DNA of 64,000 nt from Parcubacteria group bacterium Gr01-1014_13. Lineage in GTDB: Bacteria; Patescibacteriota; Patescibacteriia; Magasanikbacterales; GWA2-37-8. Positions 41,121 through 50,659 of the stretch are shown piece by piece. The stretch is from positions 66,844-130,843 of the forward strand of contig VMGB01000002.1 of assembly GCA_007376295.1 (NCBI GenBank), given 5' to 3'. How positions within the stretch are numbered: the first letter of the stretch is position 1; every line of letters begins with the position of its first letter. The translations under genes were made by a program, and so were the position numbers. The notes beneath the pieces were generated by a model, which was given only the letters and a program-made list of their open reading frames with translations, was not told the origin of the DNA and searched no databases.

Positions 41121-41564
41121 ATGGAGCTAACGGTAGCGGAAATTTCGGCCCCGTCGGCGCAGATCGCCAGGCAGTACGGTTGTAAGGTTGCGGACCATCA
41201 AGATGTCCAGCAGACAGTGTTCGAGGAACAGGTAGGTCTTATTGAGATAGTTTCTTTCGTGGAACCTAACGATTTCTACATCCACGGCAAGGCTATGCGT
41301 CTGCGGGCAGTCGGGCTCAGAGCAAATCTTGGATTGTTAGACGCCAAGTGTTTGCTCGATCATCAGGAAAAGATCACTGAGGATTTCCGGAAAAGGCGTC
41401 TCGTGTTCACCGGCACGCTTATGCGAGGCCCGGACAACGCTCTCAGTTTCGCGTATCTTTTCTACGACCGTAGTTGGCAGCTGAAGGTCCAGTGGCTCGA
41501 TTGGAATTGGTGCGGTAACTATTATCTGGTTCGCAACAGAAATAATTCTGTTTCTGACCGCTAA
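41121..41564 (+). CDS. Hypothetical protein, family A paralog 2 (homolog of 19355-19780)
   Basis: RBS AAGGAGG before the ATG. Higher-GC gene. Alignable blocks with the 19.3-kb paralog (ANLGLLDAKCLLDHQEKIT; LVFTGTL; FAYLFYDRSWQL). Confidence 0.55.
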   Translation: MELTVAEISAPSAQIARQYGCKVADHQDVQQTVFEEQVGLIEIVSFVEPNDFYIHGKAMRLRAVGLRANLGLLDAKCLLDHQEKITEDFRKRRLVFTGTLMRGPDNALSFAYLFYDRSWQLKVQWLDWNWCGNYYLVRNRNNSVSDR

Positions 41565-41670
41565 TAGACCGCAATACCTGCAGAAGTATAGGGTAGAGGC
41601 GAATCCTCGTTTGGAATTTACTCAAAGTAAATATCTGAACGAGGATATTTTTTTTAAATTTTTTAATACA

Positions 41671-42687
41671 CTAGGCTTTGAAGGGTCTGTACTTTTCCGC
41701 TTCCAAGATTATTTTTTTAGCTACCGAGAGAGTGTAGGCTGGCCGTGAACCAAGGGCCGTTTCGTTGCACAACATGATGCCATCGGCTCCGTCCAAGACT
41801 ATGTTAGTAAGATCCAAAATATCCGAACGCAGAGGGATATAGTTATGAATAGTTCCTTCTAAAATTTGGGAGGAAATAATTGCTTGTTTTTTATATTTTT
41901 TAACCGTATTAATCGCTTCTTTTTGAAAAATGCCCAGACGCTCAAAAGGCATATCTAAACCTAATTTACCACGATTTAGTAGTATCAGATCGTAAAAATC
42001 ATCCTGACAAATTTTCTCTAAGTTTTCCATGGCCACGCGGCTTTCAATGCGGCAGATCATTTTTGGCTGCCAGCTAAAATCCGACAGCTGTTTGATTTTT
42101 TCGTTTACAGTAGGGGATATAAATGGTATGGCCAGATATTCCGGGGTTATTTCTTCCAGTCGAGTCAGGATGTTGCGCAACTTGTTGAAGTATTCTTCAT
42201 TTTCGGTATTTTGAGCAATGTGTATACTAAGAGTGGATTGTAAAACGCCTTCGTTTAGAGCGCGAACTTTTACAGTTTCTTTGTTTATTATTTCAGTTAT
42301 TTGTAAGGCAATTTTGCCGTGATCAATAGTGGTAATTTGATTGATATAAACTTGGTTGCCCAGTTCGGCAATATGAACATAGATATTATCATCAGTCATA
42401 GGTTGGTCATGCGAAGCTGACTTTAGAATAATTTCTTCGTTTTCTGATACTTTACGCGGGGTATGCGGGCCAGCAAGGCGAATTTGATTGGAAGGCAGGT
42501 TAACGATAATTTTGGCGGAAGAATTTAGTTCATCAATAACTTTCATACCAACCTTTATACGGTCAATGGTATTTTCGATTGGTCCATAAGAAAAACTGTA
42601 GCGTAGAGCATCGGCTCCAGCGAGGATGATTCTTCTTATCTTATCTTCGGAGAAGTTGTTTAGACCGACCGAGGCAATAATGAACAT
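41671..42687 (-). CDS. Pyruvate kinase-like protein, catalytic barrel only (no C-terminal regulatory domain)
   Basis: Pyruvate-kinase-like blocks LNRGKLGLDMP...QKE.I (like MVARGDLGVEIP...QK.MI) and GADGIMLCNETALG (like DGTDAVMLSGETAKG); 338 aa. Confidence 0.55.
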   Translation of the reverse strand: MFIIASVGLNNFSEDKIRRIILAGADALRYSFSYGPIENTIDRIKVGMKVIDELNSSAKIIVNLPSNQIRLAGPHTPRKVSENEEIILKSASHDQPMTDDNIYVHIAELGNQVYINQITTIDHGKIALQITEIINKETVKVRALNEGVLQSTLSIHIAQNTENEEYFNKLRNILTRLEEITPEYLAIPFISPTVNEKIKQLSDFSWQPKMICRIESRVAMENLEKICQDDFYDLILLNRGKLGLDMPFERLGIFQKEAINTVKKYKKQAIISSQILEGTIHNYIPLRSDILDLTNIVLDGADGIMLCNETALGSRPAYTLSVAKKIILEAEKYRPFKA

Positions 42688-42735
42688 ATTAATGTAATTA
42701 TATAAACAAAATACCCCTTGCGGGGTGATTTTGGT

Positions 42736-43410
42736 TTAAGCATTAATTTTTATAGCCGGACCCATAGCTGAGCAAAGGATAACATTTTTTAGGAATGTGC
42801 CTTTGGCTGTGGCTGGCTTAGCCTTTTTCAAAGTTTCCAAGAAGGCGGTAATATTTTCTTTCAGCTTTTCTTCACCAAAGCTTAATTTTCCTACAGCTTG
42901 ATGAACATTGCCGGTATCGTCATTTTTGAAAGTTACTTTACCTTTTTTCAATTCTTCAATCATTTTTTTGATATTTGGTCCGACCGTATCTGTCTTTGGG
43001 TTAGGCATTAAACCTTTTGGTCCCAAAACTTTTGCAATAGAGGCCAGTTTAGGCATCATATCAGGAGTAGTGATGGCAACTTCAAAAGGAATTTTACCAG
43101 TATCTTTAATTTTTTTAATTTCTTCTTCACCGTAAACAAAGTCTGCGCCGGCTTCTTTGGCCTCTTTTTCTTTTTCAGGAGAGACGAAAGCGGCTACGGT
43201 TTTGGTTTTGCCAGTTCCGTGCGGTAATACCACAGTGGCGCGGATTTGCTGTTCAGTCTTTTTGGTGTTAATACCCAAGTTGGCATGAACTTCCACGGTA
43301 GCGTCAAATTTTACGCCAGCTGTTTCGTTTAAAAGTTTTACTGCTTCTTCCAGAGAGTAGGACTTATTTTTGTCTACCTTGGCGCGAAGCGCGTCCATTC
43401 TTTTTGACAT
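42736..43410 (-). CDS. rplA: 50S ribosomal protein L1
   Basis: MSKRMDALRAKVDKNKSY...VLPHGTGKT...GPKGLMPNPK. ATG at 43410 chosen by alignment with L1 N-termini; the track used a TTG at 43434. Confidence 0.9.
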   Translation of the reverse strand: MSKRMDALRAKVDKNKSYSLEEAVKLLNETAGVKFDATVEVHANLGINTKKTEQQIRATVVLPHGTGKTKTVAAFVSPEKEKEAKEAGADFVYGEEEIKKIKDTGKIPFEVAITTPDMMPKLASIAKVLGPKGLMPNPKTDTVGPNIKKMIEELKKGKVTFKNDDTGNVHQAVGKLSFGEEKLKENITAFLETLKKAKPATAKGTFLKNVILCSAMGPAIKINA

Positions 43411-43567
43411 ATTTTTTAAAATTATGTGGTGCAAACCCTAGGGATGGCCTAGGTCCCACTTATGCTAAGAGTGTAGCTTAAATAGGGGTTTTTGTCAATA
43501 TCGAGGCTAGACAAATTATATTCAAGTATCTATCCTTAATTATAGGTATAATGTAGAAAGGTAAAAA

Positions 43568-43810
43568 ATGCGCGAAATCAGCCTTGTCCTTGGTATTTTG
43601 GTCGCAAGCGTATCTTTCGTTATTATTTACTCCGCAGAGGAAATAGGAATGTTTTTTCTTCTGCCAGTCGCCGGTTCTATATTTACTCTAATAATACTTA
43701 CAACAGTAGGTGATGTGAAAGTTAGTTGGGAAAAGGCTTTTTTTCTTAGTTTTATTGTAATACCTATATTTTTTGCCCTCCTCGTTATAATTGCTCCTTA
43801 TTTTGCATAA
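43568..43810 (+). CDS. Small membrane protein
   Basis: 80 aa with three hydrophobic helices. Confidence 0.35.
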   Translation: MREISLVLGILVASVSFVIIYSAEEIGMFFLLPVAGSIFTLIILTTVGDVKVSWEKAFFLSFIVIPIFFALLVIIAPYFA

Positions 43811-43930
43811 GCCTGCCACAGACTCGAGATTGCGTCATAATTGTATGATGGCCTCGGGTATTTTTTTTAAATAAAAAACCATACTTCTGACATCATTTTT
43901 ACACGAAGTCATTATAGTATGGTAGTAGTG

Positions 43931-44938
43931 TTAATTATCCAAGTCAGCTTTGTTAGTTTTTCTTAGTATTCTCCATAAGATTCTACGATCTATCTTGAGC
44001 AGTTTTGCGGCATGGGTTTTGTTGCCATCGGTTAATTTAATGGCCTTAGCGATGAGATGCCGCTTGTATTGCGCTACCGCATCTTTTAGAGACATGCCGT
44101 CTTCAGGTATTTGCATTTGCGTAAGTTTTTCGGTCAATTTAGCTTTGGTGGATGACTCTTTGATAGACGACGGGATATCCATTACGCCGATTTCTTCGCT
44201 CATACTGAGAACCACCATTTGTTCTATGGTATTGCGTAACTCTCGGATATTGCCCGGCCAAGGGTACTCCTTAAGAATCGCAAGCGCATCGTCGCTGATG
44301 CTTTTTGTATAGCAAGCGTTTTCTGCGTTAGCCACCTGTCGGAAATGATCAGCTAAAACGGAAATATCTTCCACCCGTTCCCGCAGAGGCGGCAGGTTTA
44401 GTTCTATCGTGTTGATGCGATAGTACAAATCTTGACGGAATTTTTTTGCTGCTACCAAATGTTTGATATCAGCATTTGTGGCGGAAAGCACGCGAACATC
44501 AATTTTGATGCTTGTGTTTCCTCCCACTCGACGGACTTCTTTATTCTCAATTACTCGTAGGAGCTTTGCTTGTACAGCAGGTGATATTTCTCCAATTTCA
44601 TCGAGGAAGATCGTTCCGCCTTCAGCTTGTTCAAATACACCACGATGCTTAGAGATTGCGCTGGTAAATGAACCTTTTTCGTGGCCAAACAGTTCGCTTT
44701 CGGGGAGTGATGCGGTTAGCGCACCACAGTTAATGGGGATAAAAGGACCCTCAGAGCGTCGGCTTGCAAGATGAATCTTGCGCGCCAGAAGCTCTTTGCC
44801 AGTACCAGTTTCTCCGGTTATAAGGACAGTACATTGGCTTTTGGCTGCTCTGTCGACCTTTTCGTCAAGAGCCGCAATGGCTGGGGAAGTTCCTAGTATT
44901 TCTTTATCCATATTTCCCTCCGCCTTAAGTTTAACCAC
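43931..44938 (-). CDS. Sigma-54-activator-like AAA+ transcriptional regulator (no receiver domain; C-terminal Fis-type HTH)
   Basis: Walker A GETGTGKE, ESELFGHEKGSFTSA (GAFTGA position reads GSFTSA), Walker B IFLDEIGE, R-finger region, C-terminal HTH (THAAKLLKIDRRILWRILRK). Confidence 0.75.
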   Translation of the reverse strand: MVKLKAEGNMDKEILGTSPAIAALDEKVDRAAKSQCTVLITGETGTGKELLARKIHLASRRSEGPFIPINCGALTASLPESELFGHEKGSFTSAISKHRGVFEQAEGGTIFLDEIGEISPAVQAKLLRVIENKEVRRVGGNTSIKIDVRVLSATNADIKHLVAAKKFRQDLYYRINTIELNLPPLRERVEDISVLADHFRQVANAENACYTKSISDDALAILKEYPWPGNIRELRNTIEQMVVLSMSEEIGVMDIPSSIKESSTKAKLTEKLTQMQIPEDGMSLKDAVAQYKRHLIAKAIKLTDGNKTHAAKLLKIDRRILWRILRKTNKADLDN

Positions 44939-44943
44939 GAATT

Positions 44944-45882
44944 TTACTTTTTGTCAATCCTACAAAGAGTCTTTAAGGCGGTCAGATCAGTAGCCGAAAG
45001 TTTTTCGTTTGTACCCTGGTTAAGACGGTACATTATAGCTTTTGGATCATCTACATGTTCTAGGCCTAGCGCATGGCCAAATTCGTGGGCCAGAACGCGT
45101 ATCAATTTGTCAGTGCTATCAAATTGGTAAATATCGATTTCTTGTCCATATAGGTCGCTTTTGTATAACCCTTCTTCAAATTCATCGCCGCGCTCTTTAT
45201 TGGTTTGATTAAATTCTCCGGCATCAATATTCAAAGATTCTGCCAGACGATTCAAAACAGTGATCATGGCATTGATGTTATCTACATCGGCATTAAGACT
45301 GTCTTGCAATTGGTTTATTTGCGCTAATTCAGCGTTGAGCGCCTCTTTTTCTTCATTTAGCTCTGCATATGCTTTGGGGGTGGCGCCACCACGCTTATTC
45401 CAGTAAGTCACTTTGGCCTCATATTCATCTTTATGTTTTTCAAATATGGCAACTTGTGATTTAAATGAAGCCATTTTTTGGCTGTAGGCCAATTGCATGA
45501 CTTTGAGTTTGGACTTTAATGCGTCATAGGAGGCTCGGTCGTCATTTATAGTTAAACCAAGTTTGCGCATTTTTATTGTCGCCTCCTGACGATAATCATA
45601 AATCAAATTTATTTTTAAATTACCATCGGGTTTATTGGTAAATAATTCTTTGCCGATAGGTTTTTCCCAAACTTGTTCAGCTTTGGCCAGAGCATTTGTA
45701 AATTGGTCTTTTGATATACCAAACTTGGTATCAAAAGAGCCGAGGCTGTAGCCGATAGGTTGCGTACAGGGAAGGTAAGAGTTATATAGCTGATTCCACA
45801 AATTTAAAAGCGGGGTACGAAAAAAATAAGCTGTGGCGCCCAGGATTATAAAAGAAAGAAGTATTTTAAAGGCCTTATACAT
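44944..45882 (-). CDS. Membrane-anchored zinc metalloprotease, matrixin (M10)-like
   Basis: N-terminal TM helix, coiled-coil region, C-terminal HEFGHALGLEH zincin motif. Confidence 0.75.
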   Translation of the reverse strand: MYKAFKILLSFIILGATAYFFRTPLLNLWNQLYNSYLPCTQPIGYSLGSFDTKFGISKDQFTNALAKAEQVWEKPIGKELFTNKPDGNLKINLIYDYRQEATIKMRKLGLTINDDRASYDALKSKLKVMQLAYSQKMASFKSQVAIFEKHKDEYEAKVTYWNKRGGATPKAYAELNEEKEALNAELAQINQLQDSLNADVDNINAMITVLNRLAESLNIDAGEFNQTNKERGDEFEEGLYKSDLYGQEIDIYQFDSTDKLIRVLAHEFGHALGLEHVDDPKAIMYRLNQGTNEKLSATDLTALKTLCRIDKK

Positions 45883-45899
45883 AGCCCTTAGTTTTTAAA

Positions 45900-46022
45900 T
45901 TATTTCCTTTTTTTGGGAGCTCTTGTTTCAAGCATGCGTCTTTTAATTTCTAGTCGTTTCTTGGTTTTAGGCGAATGCTTTGATTTAGTTTTTTTACGAA
46001 GGCCGGTTCGTCTTTTTGCCAT
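45900..46022 (-). CDS. Candidate 40-aa very basic small protein (ORF below the track's 60-aa cutoff)
   Basis: MAKRRTGLRKKTKSKHSPKTKKRLEIKRRMLETRAPKKRK, immediately upstream of and co-directional with the metalloprotease gene; preceded by a hairpin terminator at 46109-46142. Confidence 0.3.
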   Translation of the reverse strand: MAKRRTGLRKKTKSKHSPKTKKRLEIKRRMLETRAPKKRK

Positions 46023-46161
46023 ATACTATGTAGTTAAGATTAAGTTAAATATATTTTATCACACATTGTTTAATCTAACCTAATATAATTTCATGAAATT
46101 ATCAAAGCCCAAACAAACAAGACGCCCGCCTCTTTTTTGGCGGGCGTCTCTGGTAGCTTAT

Positions 46162-46371
46162 TTAAAGAGTAGGAGCAGGAGAAGGTTGTGGGGTAGGGAC
46201 ATTGTTGATATCAATGGTAGTACCTTGCTCTGCTGGGGTAATCTCGCTGGTTTGCAGCATTGGTAGAGCGTAAACAAAGAAAGCGATAGCTAATCCGACC
46301 AAAATTATGATAGCCACAATCGCCACAACGTTTCCGTCATCTGTAGTTTCGTGTGCAATATTAGTTGCCAT
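46162..46371 (-). CDS. Small membrane protein
   Basis: 69 aa with one TM helix and a Pro-rich tail. Confidence 0.35.
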   Translation of the reverse strand: MATNIAHETTDDGNVVAIVAIIILVGLAIAFFVYALPMLQTSEITPAEQGTTIDINNVPTPQPSPAPTL

Positions 46372-46413
46372 ATGAATAAATATTAATCGTGAATAAATTC
46401 TATCCTTTTCAAT

Positions 46414-46566
46414 TTATAATACCGGTTTTTCACCTTTAATTATTCTTACTAGTACTATGATAATAGCAATTACCAAGAGTATATGAATGAATCCTCCCAG
46501 TGTATAAGAAGTTACTAGTCCAAGTAGCCAGAGTACGATTAAGATCACTGCAATTGTCCATAACAT
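46414..46566 (-). CDS. lmo0937-family small membrane protein (50 aa)
   Basis: MLWTIAVILIVLWLLGLVTSYTLGGFIHILLVIAIIIVLVRIIKGEKPVL matches the widespread MLWTI...GGxIHILLVIA small-protein family; missed by the ORF track. Confidence 0.6.
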   Translation of the reverse strand: MLWTIAVILIVLWLLGLVTSYTLGGFIHILLVIAIIIVLVRIIKGEKPVL

Positions 46567-46804
46567 ATGTTTTCTATTAGTAGATTAAATTCAGTACAAG
46601 CAGTTTTATTTTTTTGTTTTACTAACTAAGAAGAGATCTCTTCTTCCTCTTCGTCTTCTTCCATTGCTTCTTTGGCCGCTTCACGCCCTTTTTGTTCAGC
46701 CATCTCTTTTGTGTCTTCTGTGCCTTCATCTAAATTTTCATCATCTTGATTAGGGTCTGTTATTTTCATATAGATATTTTAAATGAATAAACTTACTTAA
46801 AAAT

Positions 46805-47149
46805 TTATCTATTTTTTTCTTTTTCCTCTTCTTTAGCGGCCAAGTATTCTCTTTCCATCTCATACCACTTGGCTTGCAATGTGGTTATAAGTTTTCTTTT
46901 AGCATCACTAGCTAATTTTTTTTGTTCAGCGTATTTGTCTACTATAGTAGTAACTAAATTATCAAAAGTTTCTTTAGTTACATCCTGTAGGTTGTTGAGT
47001 TCTTTTTTTAAGTTTTTGACGAGAGTCTTAAGATCTTTTTGTAATTCGTCGGTCAATTCTCTTCCTCCTTTCGTCATGGCAAATCCCAGTGTTGCCATAG
47101 CTGCCAGAAGTCCACCCAGTATAAGTCCTTTTTTGAATGTATTTTCCAT
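46805..47149 (-). CDS. Hypothetical exported coiled-coil protein
   Basis: 114 aa, N-terminal hydrophobic signal-like segment, rest predicted helical. Confidence 0.4.
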   Translation of the reverse strand: MENTFKKGLILGGLLAAMATLGFAMTKGGRELTDELQKDLKTLVKNLKKELNNLQDVTKETFDNLVTTIVDKYAEQKKLASDAKRKLITTLQAKWYEMEREYLAAKEEEKEKNR

Positions 47150-47267
47150 ATACAGAAGTTAATAATAAATAGCTTGTTAGGGAAGAAGTGGCAGTAAGTG
47201 TATCCCTCCTCGCATATTTATTTTCTTACATATGGTTAGGGTTAAAAATTATTAAGCAACGTTTGCT

Positions 47268-47816
47268 TTAACTTTGTTCAAGCATTCTTTTTATGGCTTC
47301 TTTTTTTTCTTCCGGAACAACATAAGGTTTCAGGCCTTGCGATGTCTGATTAAGATCAATGTATTGTAATTCGCTTCCAAGCCAGAGCTTGTATTCCCAG
47401 TTAGGAGCCAGTTCAGCAGTCGAAGAGTTTGTCTGCCAAAGTATTAATTTTGATCCGTCTAAAAAGCTAAAGATATAAATAGAGGGTCGGCCGCTAGGGT
47501 TATCTATAGTTTTTTTGCCAGCGGGAAATGTATAAATAACCCTGTTGTCTTTTATTGATTTTAATTCACCAGTGTTTATGTCGTAGTCATAATCATAGGC
47601 CATCACCGGGGTGCCTGTTTCCATATAAGCCCCAGCCGGCATAGATGCGGAGGATGGAGTGTTGAAATCGGAATTTTTTGATGGATCGTAGGAATTCTGT
47701 ATTACATAAACTGCGCCTAGAACTAATAAAGAAACACCCAACACAACAGAGGCCGACAAGAGCAGAGCGTGTTTGGTGATATGGTGCTGGTGATGTTGAG
47801 GCAAAATTAATTGCAT
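47268..47816 (-). CDS. Hypothetical membrane-anchored protein
   Basis: 182 aa with a His-rich N-terminus, one TM helix and an extracytoplasmic domain. Confidence 0.4.
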   Translation of the reverse strand: MQLILPQHHQHHITKHALLLSASVVLGVSLLVLGAVYVIQNSYDPSKNSDFNTPSSASMPAGAYMETGTPVMAYDYDYDINTGELKSIKDNRVIYTFPAGKKTIDNPSGRPSIYIFSFLDGSKLILWQTNSSTAELAPNWEYKLWLGSELQYIDLNQTSQGLKPYVVPEEKKEAIKRMLEQS

Positions 47817-47895
47817 ATGTTTATAATTACTAGGGGTGAATTAAATCAGAAACTTGTTTCTGATTTATGAGGCCTGACTTAATTTCAAGCTTCGC

Positions 47896-48225
47896 TTATT
47901 TAATTTTTTTATAGATTCCAATTGTCTTGATAACCGATTGAGCGAAAGAGCCGGTATGTTTAAGTTTGCAATAGATTCTTTTTCCGTCTCGTTCTTTGTG
48001 TACGAGATGGGTATGTTCCAAAATTTTAATATGTCGCGACATTAATGGTATGGAAATGTCTAGAATTTTCGCTAAGGTGCTAACCGAGATTTTGTGGTGC
48101 TCGGTAAGAATACGAAAGATTCTATAACGGGTAACATCACCCAGCGCTTTAAATGTCGCGGCCACGTGTTTGTCTACTTCGCTAAGCCGTTTACGGTTTC
48201 GCAGAACCTCCTTGTTGCTAAGCAT
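47896..48225 (-). CDS. ArsR/SmtB-family transcriptional regulator
   Basis: Winged HTH: LGDVTRYRIFRIL...ISVSTLAKILDISIPLMSRHIKILE. Confidence 0.8.
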   Translation of the reverse strand: MLSNKEVLRNRKRLSEVDKHVAATFKALGDVTRYRIFRILTEHHKISVSTLAKILDISIPLMSRHIKILEHTHLVHKERDGKRIYCKLKHTGSFAQSVIKTIGIYKKIK

Positions 48226-48421
48226 ATAATTGTAAGTATAGTTAGTTAATTAAATGTTTAATTGTTTAATCATTTAAGTATATACCCATCTAGAAAAATT
48301 TGTCAATAGGGCAAAGGGGGAGTAGCTACTTAAGTAAAGTGTAAGCTTGACAAATTAATTATGTTAGGAATAGTATATGTTAAACAGTTAAACAAATATT
48401 AAATTAACATCATAACTCCTT

Positions 48422-49084
48422 ATGAAAATACTTGTTGTTGAGGATGAAAAAAAATTAAATAAAGGACTGGTAGAAGGTTTGCAAAAACAAGGTTATGCGG
48501 TCGATTTTGCGTTTGACGGTGAAGAAGGGGAAAGGTTGGCGCTGTGGAATGAGTACGATTTTATTGTTTTAGATATCATGCTGCCCAAGAAAGATGGGCT
48601 AGAGGTGTGTAGTAACTTACGCAATAAGGGAAAAACAACCCCGATTTTGTTTTTAACGGCTAAAGATACGACAGAAGATACGGTAAATGGTTTAAATCAT
48701 GGAGCAGACGATTATCTAATTAAGCCTTTTTCTTTTGAAGAATTAACCGCGCGTATTCGCGCGTTGTTGCGCCGACCCCCACTTTTGGTAAGTGATTTGT
48801 TAGAGGTAGATGGTTTGCGCCTGGATACTCGTTCTCAAGTGCTTACTGCTAATAATCAAGTAGTAGAACTAACGCTGCATGAATATGGCCTTTTGGAATA
48901 TTTGTTACGTAATAAGGGGGCGGTAAAAACTCGTGATGAAATTTTGGAGCATGTATGGGACCGTTTCTTTGATTCATTTAGCAATGTGGTTGATGTGCAT
49001 GTAAAAAATTTACGTAAAAAATTGCCTAAGGTATATGCAAAACGTATTCAAACAGTTTGGGGAAAGGGCTATAGGCTCGTTTAA
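48422..49084 (+). CDS. OmpR-family two-component response regulator
   Basis: Receiver domain (ILVVEDE...DFIVLDIMLP) plus winged-helix output domain (...VWGKGYRLV). Confidence 0.9.
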   Translation: MKILVVEDEKKLNKGLVEGLQKQGYAVDFAFDGEEGERLALWNEYDFIVLDIMLPKKDGLEVCSNLRNKGKTTPILFLTAKDTTEDTVNGLNHGADDYLIKPFSFEELTARIRALLRRPPLLVSDLLEVDGLRLDTRSQVLTANNQVVELTLHEYGLLEYLLRNKGAVKTRDEILEHVWDRFFDSFSNVVDVHVKNLRKKLPKVYAKRIQTVWGKGYRLV

Positions 49085-50072
49085 CTCCAGATTTAAATTT
49101 TCTTTGTGGGAGTTAACTGCTTTATACGCGGCCATATTAATAGTCATTCTTTTTTTATCTAGCAGTATCATTTACGGTGCCTTTTCTAACCGATTAGAGT
49201 ATAGGTTTAATCAGGCGACTTCGCCTTCCTTTTCAAATTTTCTTCCGTTTCCTCCAACGGTTCAAGATGTACAGGGTGATTTGGTTAGGTCGCTAGTGTG
49301 GGTAAATATTATTCTGCTCGTTGCGGCTGGTGTGGCTAGTTACTGGTTGGCTAGAGCAACATTTAAGCCGCTACAGGAGATGCATGAAGGGCAAAGAAAG
49401 TTTTTTGGGGATGCGTCACACGAATTGCGCACACCTCTTAGTATATTGCGTCTTGATTTAGAAAATCAGTTAGCTGATAAAACTTTAAGCGCCCCCATAC
49501 GTGAACGTATTGTCAGTAATCTGGAAGAGGTAGACCGTATGGGGAAATTAGTAAATGGCTTGCTTGCGCTGGCTCGATTTGATGAGCTGTATAGTGCAAA
49601 ACAGAAAAATTTTATTCCAGTCAGCCTAATACCTCTTACACAGCACGCCGTAGAGCGTCTGCAGGTGCTAGCAAAAGAACAGCAAGTAGATTTAGTTTTT
49701 AATTTGCTTACCAAAGAAAAATTAATAATTTTATCTAACGAAGAAGTATTGCTGCAAACTATTACGAATATAATTAAAAATGGCATTATGTATAACCGAC
49801 CTGGCGGAAAAGTGATTGTTACTATACATAACGACAAGCGTCACGCGTTTATTACCATTGTTGATACGGGTGTAGGTATATCTAAACAGGACTTGGACAA
49901 AATATTTGACAGATTTTATCGGGCGGACAAAAGCCGCTCCAGTGAAACAGGGGGTAGCGGTTTAGGTCTTGCTATTGTCCGGTCTTCTATGAATTATTTG
50001 GATGGTACCGTAAAAATTGAAAGTGAAGTTGAGAAAGGTACGAGTATAGTCCTGGAATTTTCTTTGAAATAA
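49035..50072 (+). CDS. Two-component sensor histidine kinase
   Basis: Two TM helices, H-box ASHELRTPLS, HATPase_c N/G boxes (GGSGLGLAIV). Overlaps the regulator gene by 50 nt, so the true start may be further downstream. Confidence 0.85.
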   Translation: MQNVFKQFGERAIGSFNSRFKFSLWELTALYAAILIVILFLSSSIIYGAFSNRLEYRFNQATSPSFSNFLPFPPTVQDVQGDLVRSLVWVNIILLVAAGVASYWLARATFKPLQEMHEGQRKFFGDASHELRTPLSILRLDLENQLADKTLSAPIRERIVSNLEEVDRMGKLVNGLLALARFDELYSAKQKNFIPVSLIPLTQHAVERLQVLAKEQQVDLVFNLLTKEKLIILSNEEVLLQTITNIIKNGIMYNRPGGKVIVTIHNDKRHAFITIVDTGVGISKQDLDKIFDRFYRADKSRSSETGGSGLGLAIVRSSMNYLDGTVKIESEVEKGTSIVLEFSLK

Positions 50073-50628
50073 TCTTCATAATTTCTTCACCGTGCTTCTG
50101 TTAACATAAAACTACGATCATCAGAGTTTTGTCGTTGCATACGAGGAACGCGGAACGGTAATATGCCTCAAAAAGTTTCTCAGGAAAATATTTCCAGGAG
50201 CTTCATATCCGTTCACAGAACCTGTGGTCAACGATGGAAAAATATAAGGCATCGGCTGGAGTTACTCTGGCCTCTACTGTTCTAGCTTATCGGTTAACAA
50301 CAACAAGCTTGGTCCGTAAGTTAGAACGACTGTAACGATGCCATCTATATTTTCCATATCGTACTTACTTTTAATATTAGCAATATGTAAAAATGTCATA
50401 AAAATTTATGGACTCGTTGAAGAAGTGCGTAAGTGAAAATGATATTTTGTGCAGTTTTTGTTCTTTAGCTCTTTAAAGGCGATCCAGACAGGAAAAAGAG
50501 GAGATTTGTGGTTATGAGGCAAAGCTGCCTGGATTCATCGGTTTAAGATGGAAATAAAAGCTGTAGTTCTTTCGCCGGGACTATGAATAGCTAATTCATT
50601 TTAAACCCACAATTCAAAAATAATTTAA

Positions 50629-50659
50629 GACCGGCCTGGAGCCGGTTTTAAATTTTGCT
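50629..50659 (+). terminator. Strong rho-independent terminator within a 600-bp ORF-free region
   Basis: GACCGGC-CTGGA-GCCGGTT followed by TTAAATTTT. Confidence 0.6.

Noticed and set aside
49035-49084. Possible frameshift or pseudogene at the response-regulator/histidine-kinase junction
   Set aside because: A 50-nt overlap is unusual, but both ORFs are full-length with intact motifs. It is more likely a mis-set kinase start (possible downstream TTG/GTG) than a disruption.
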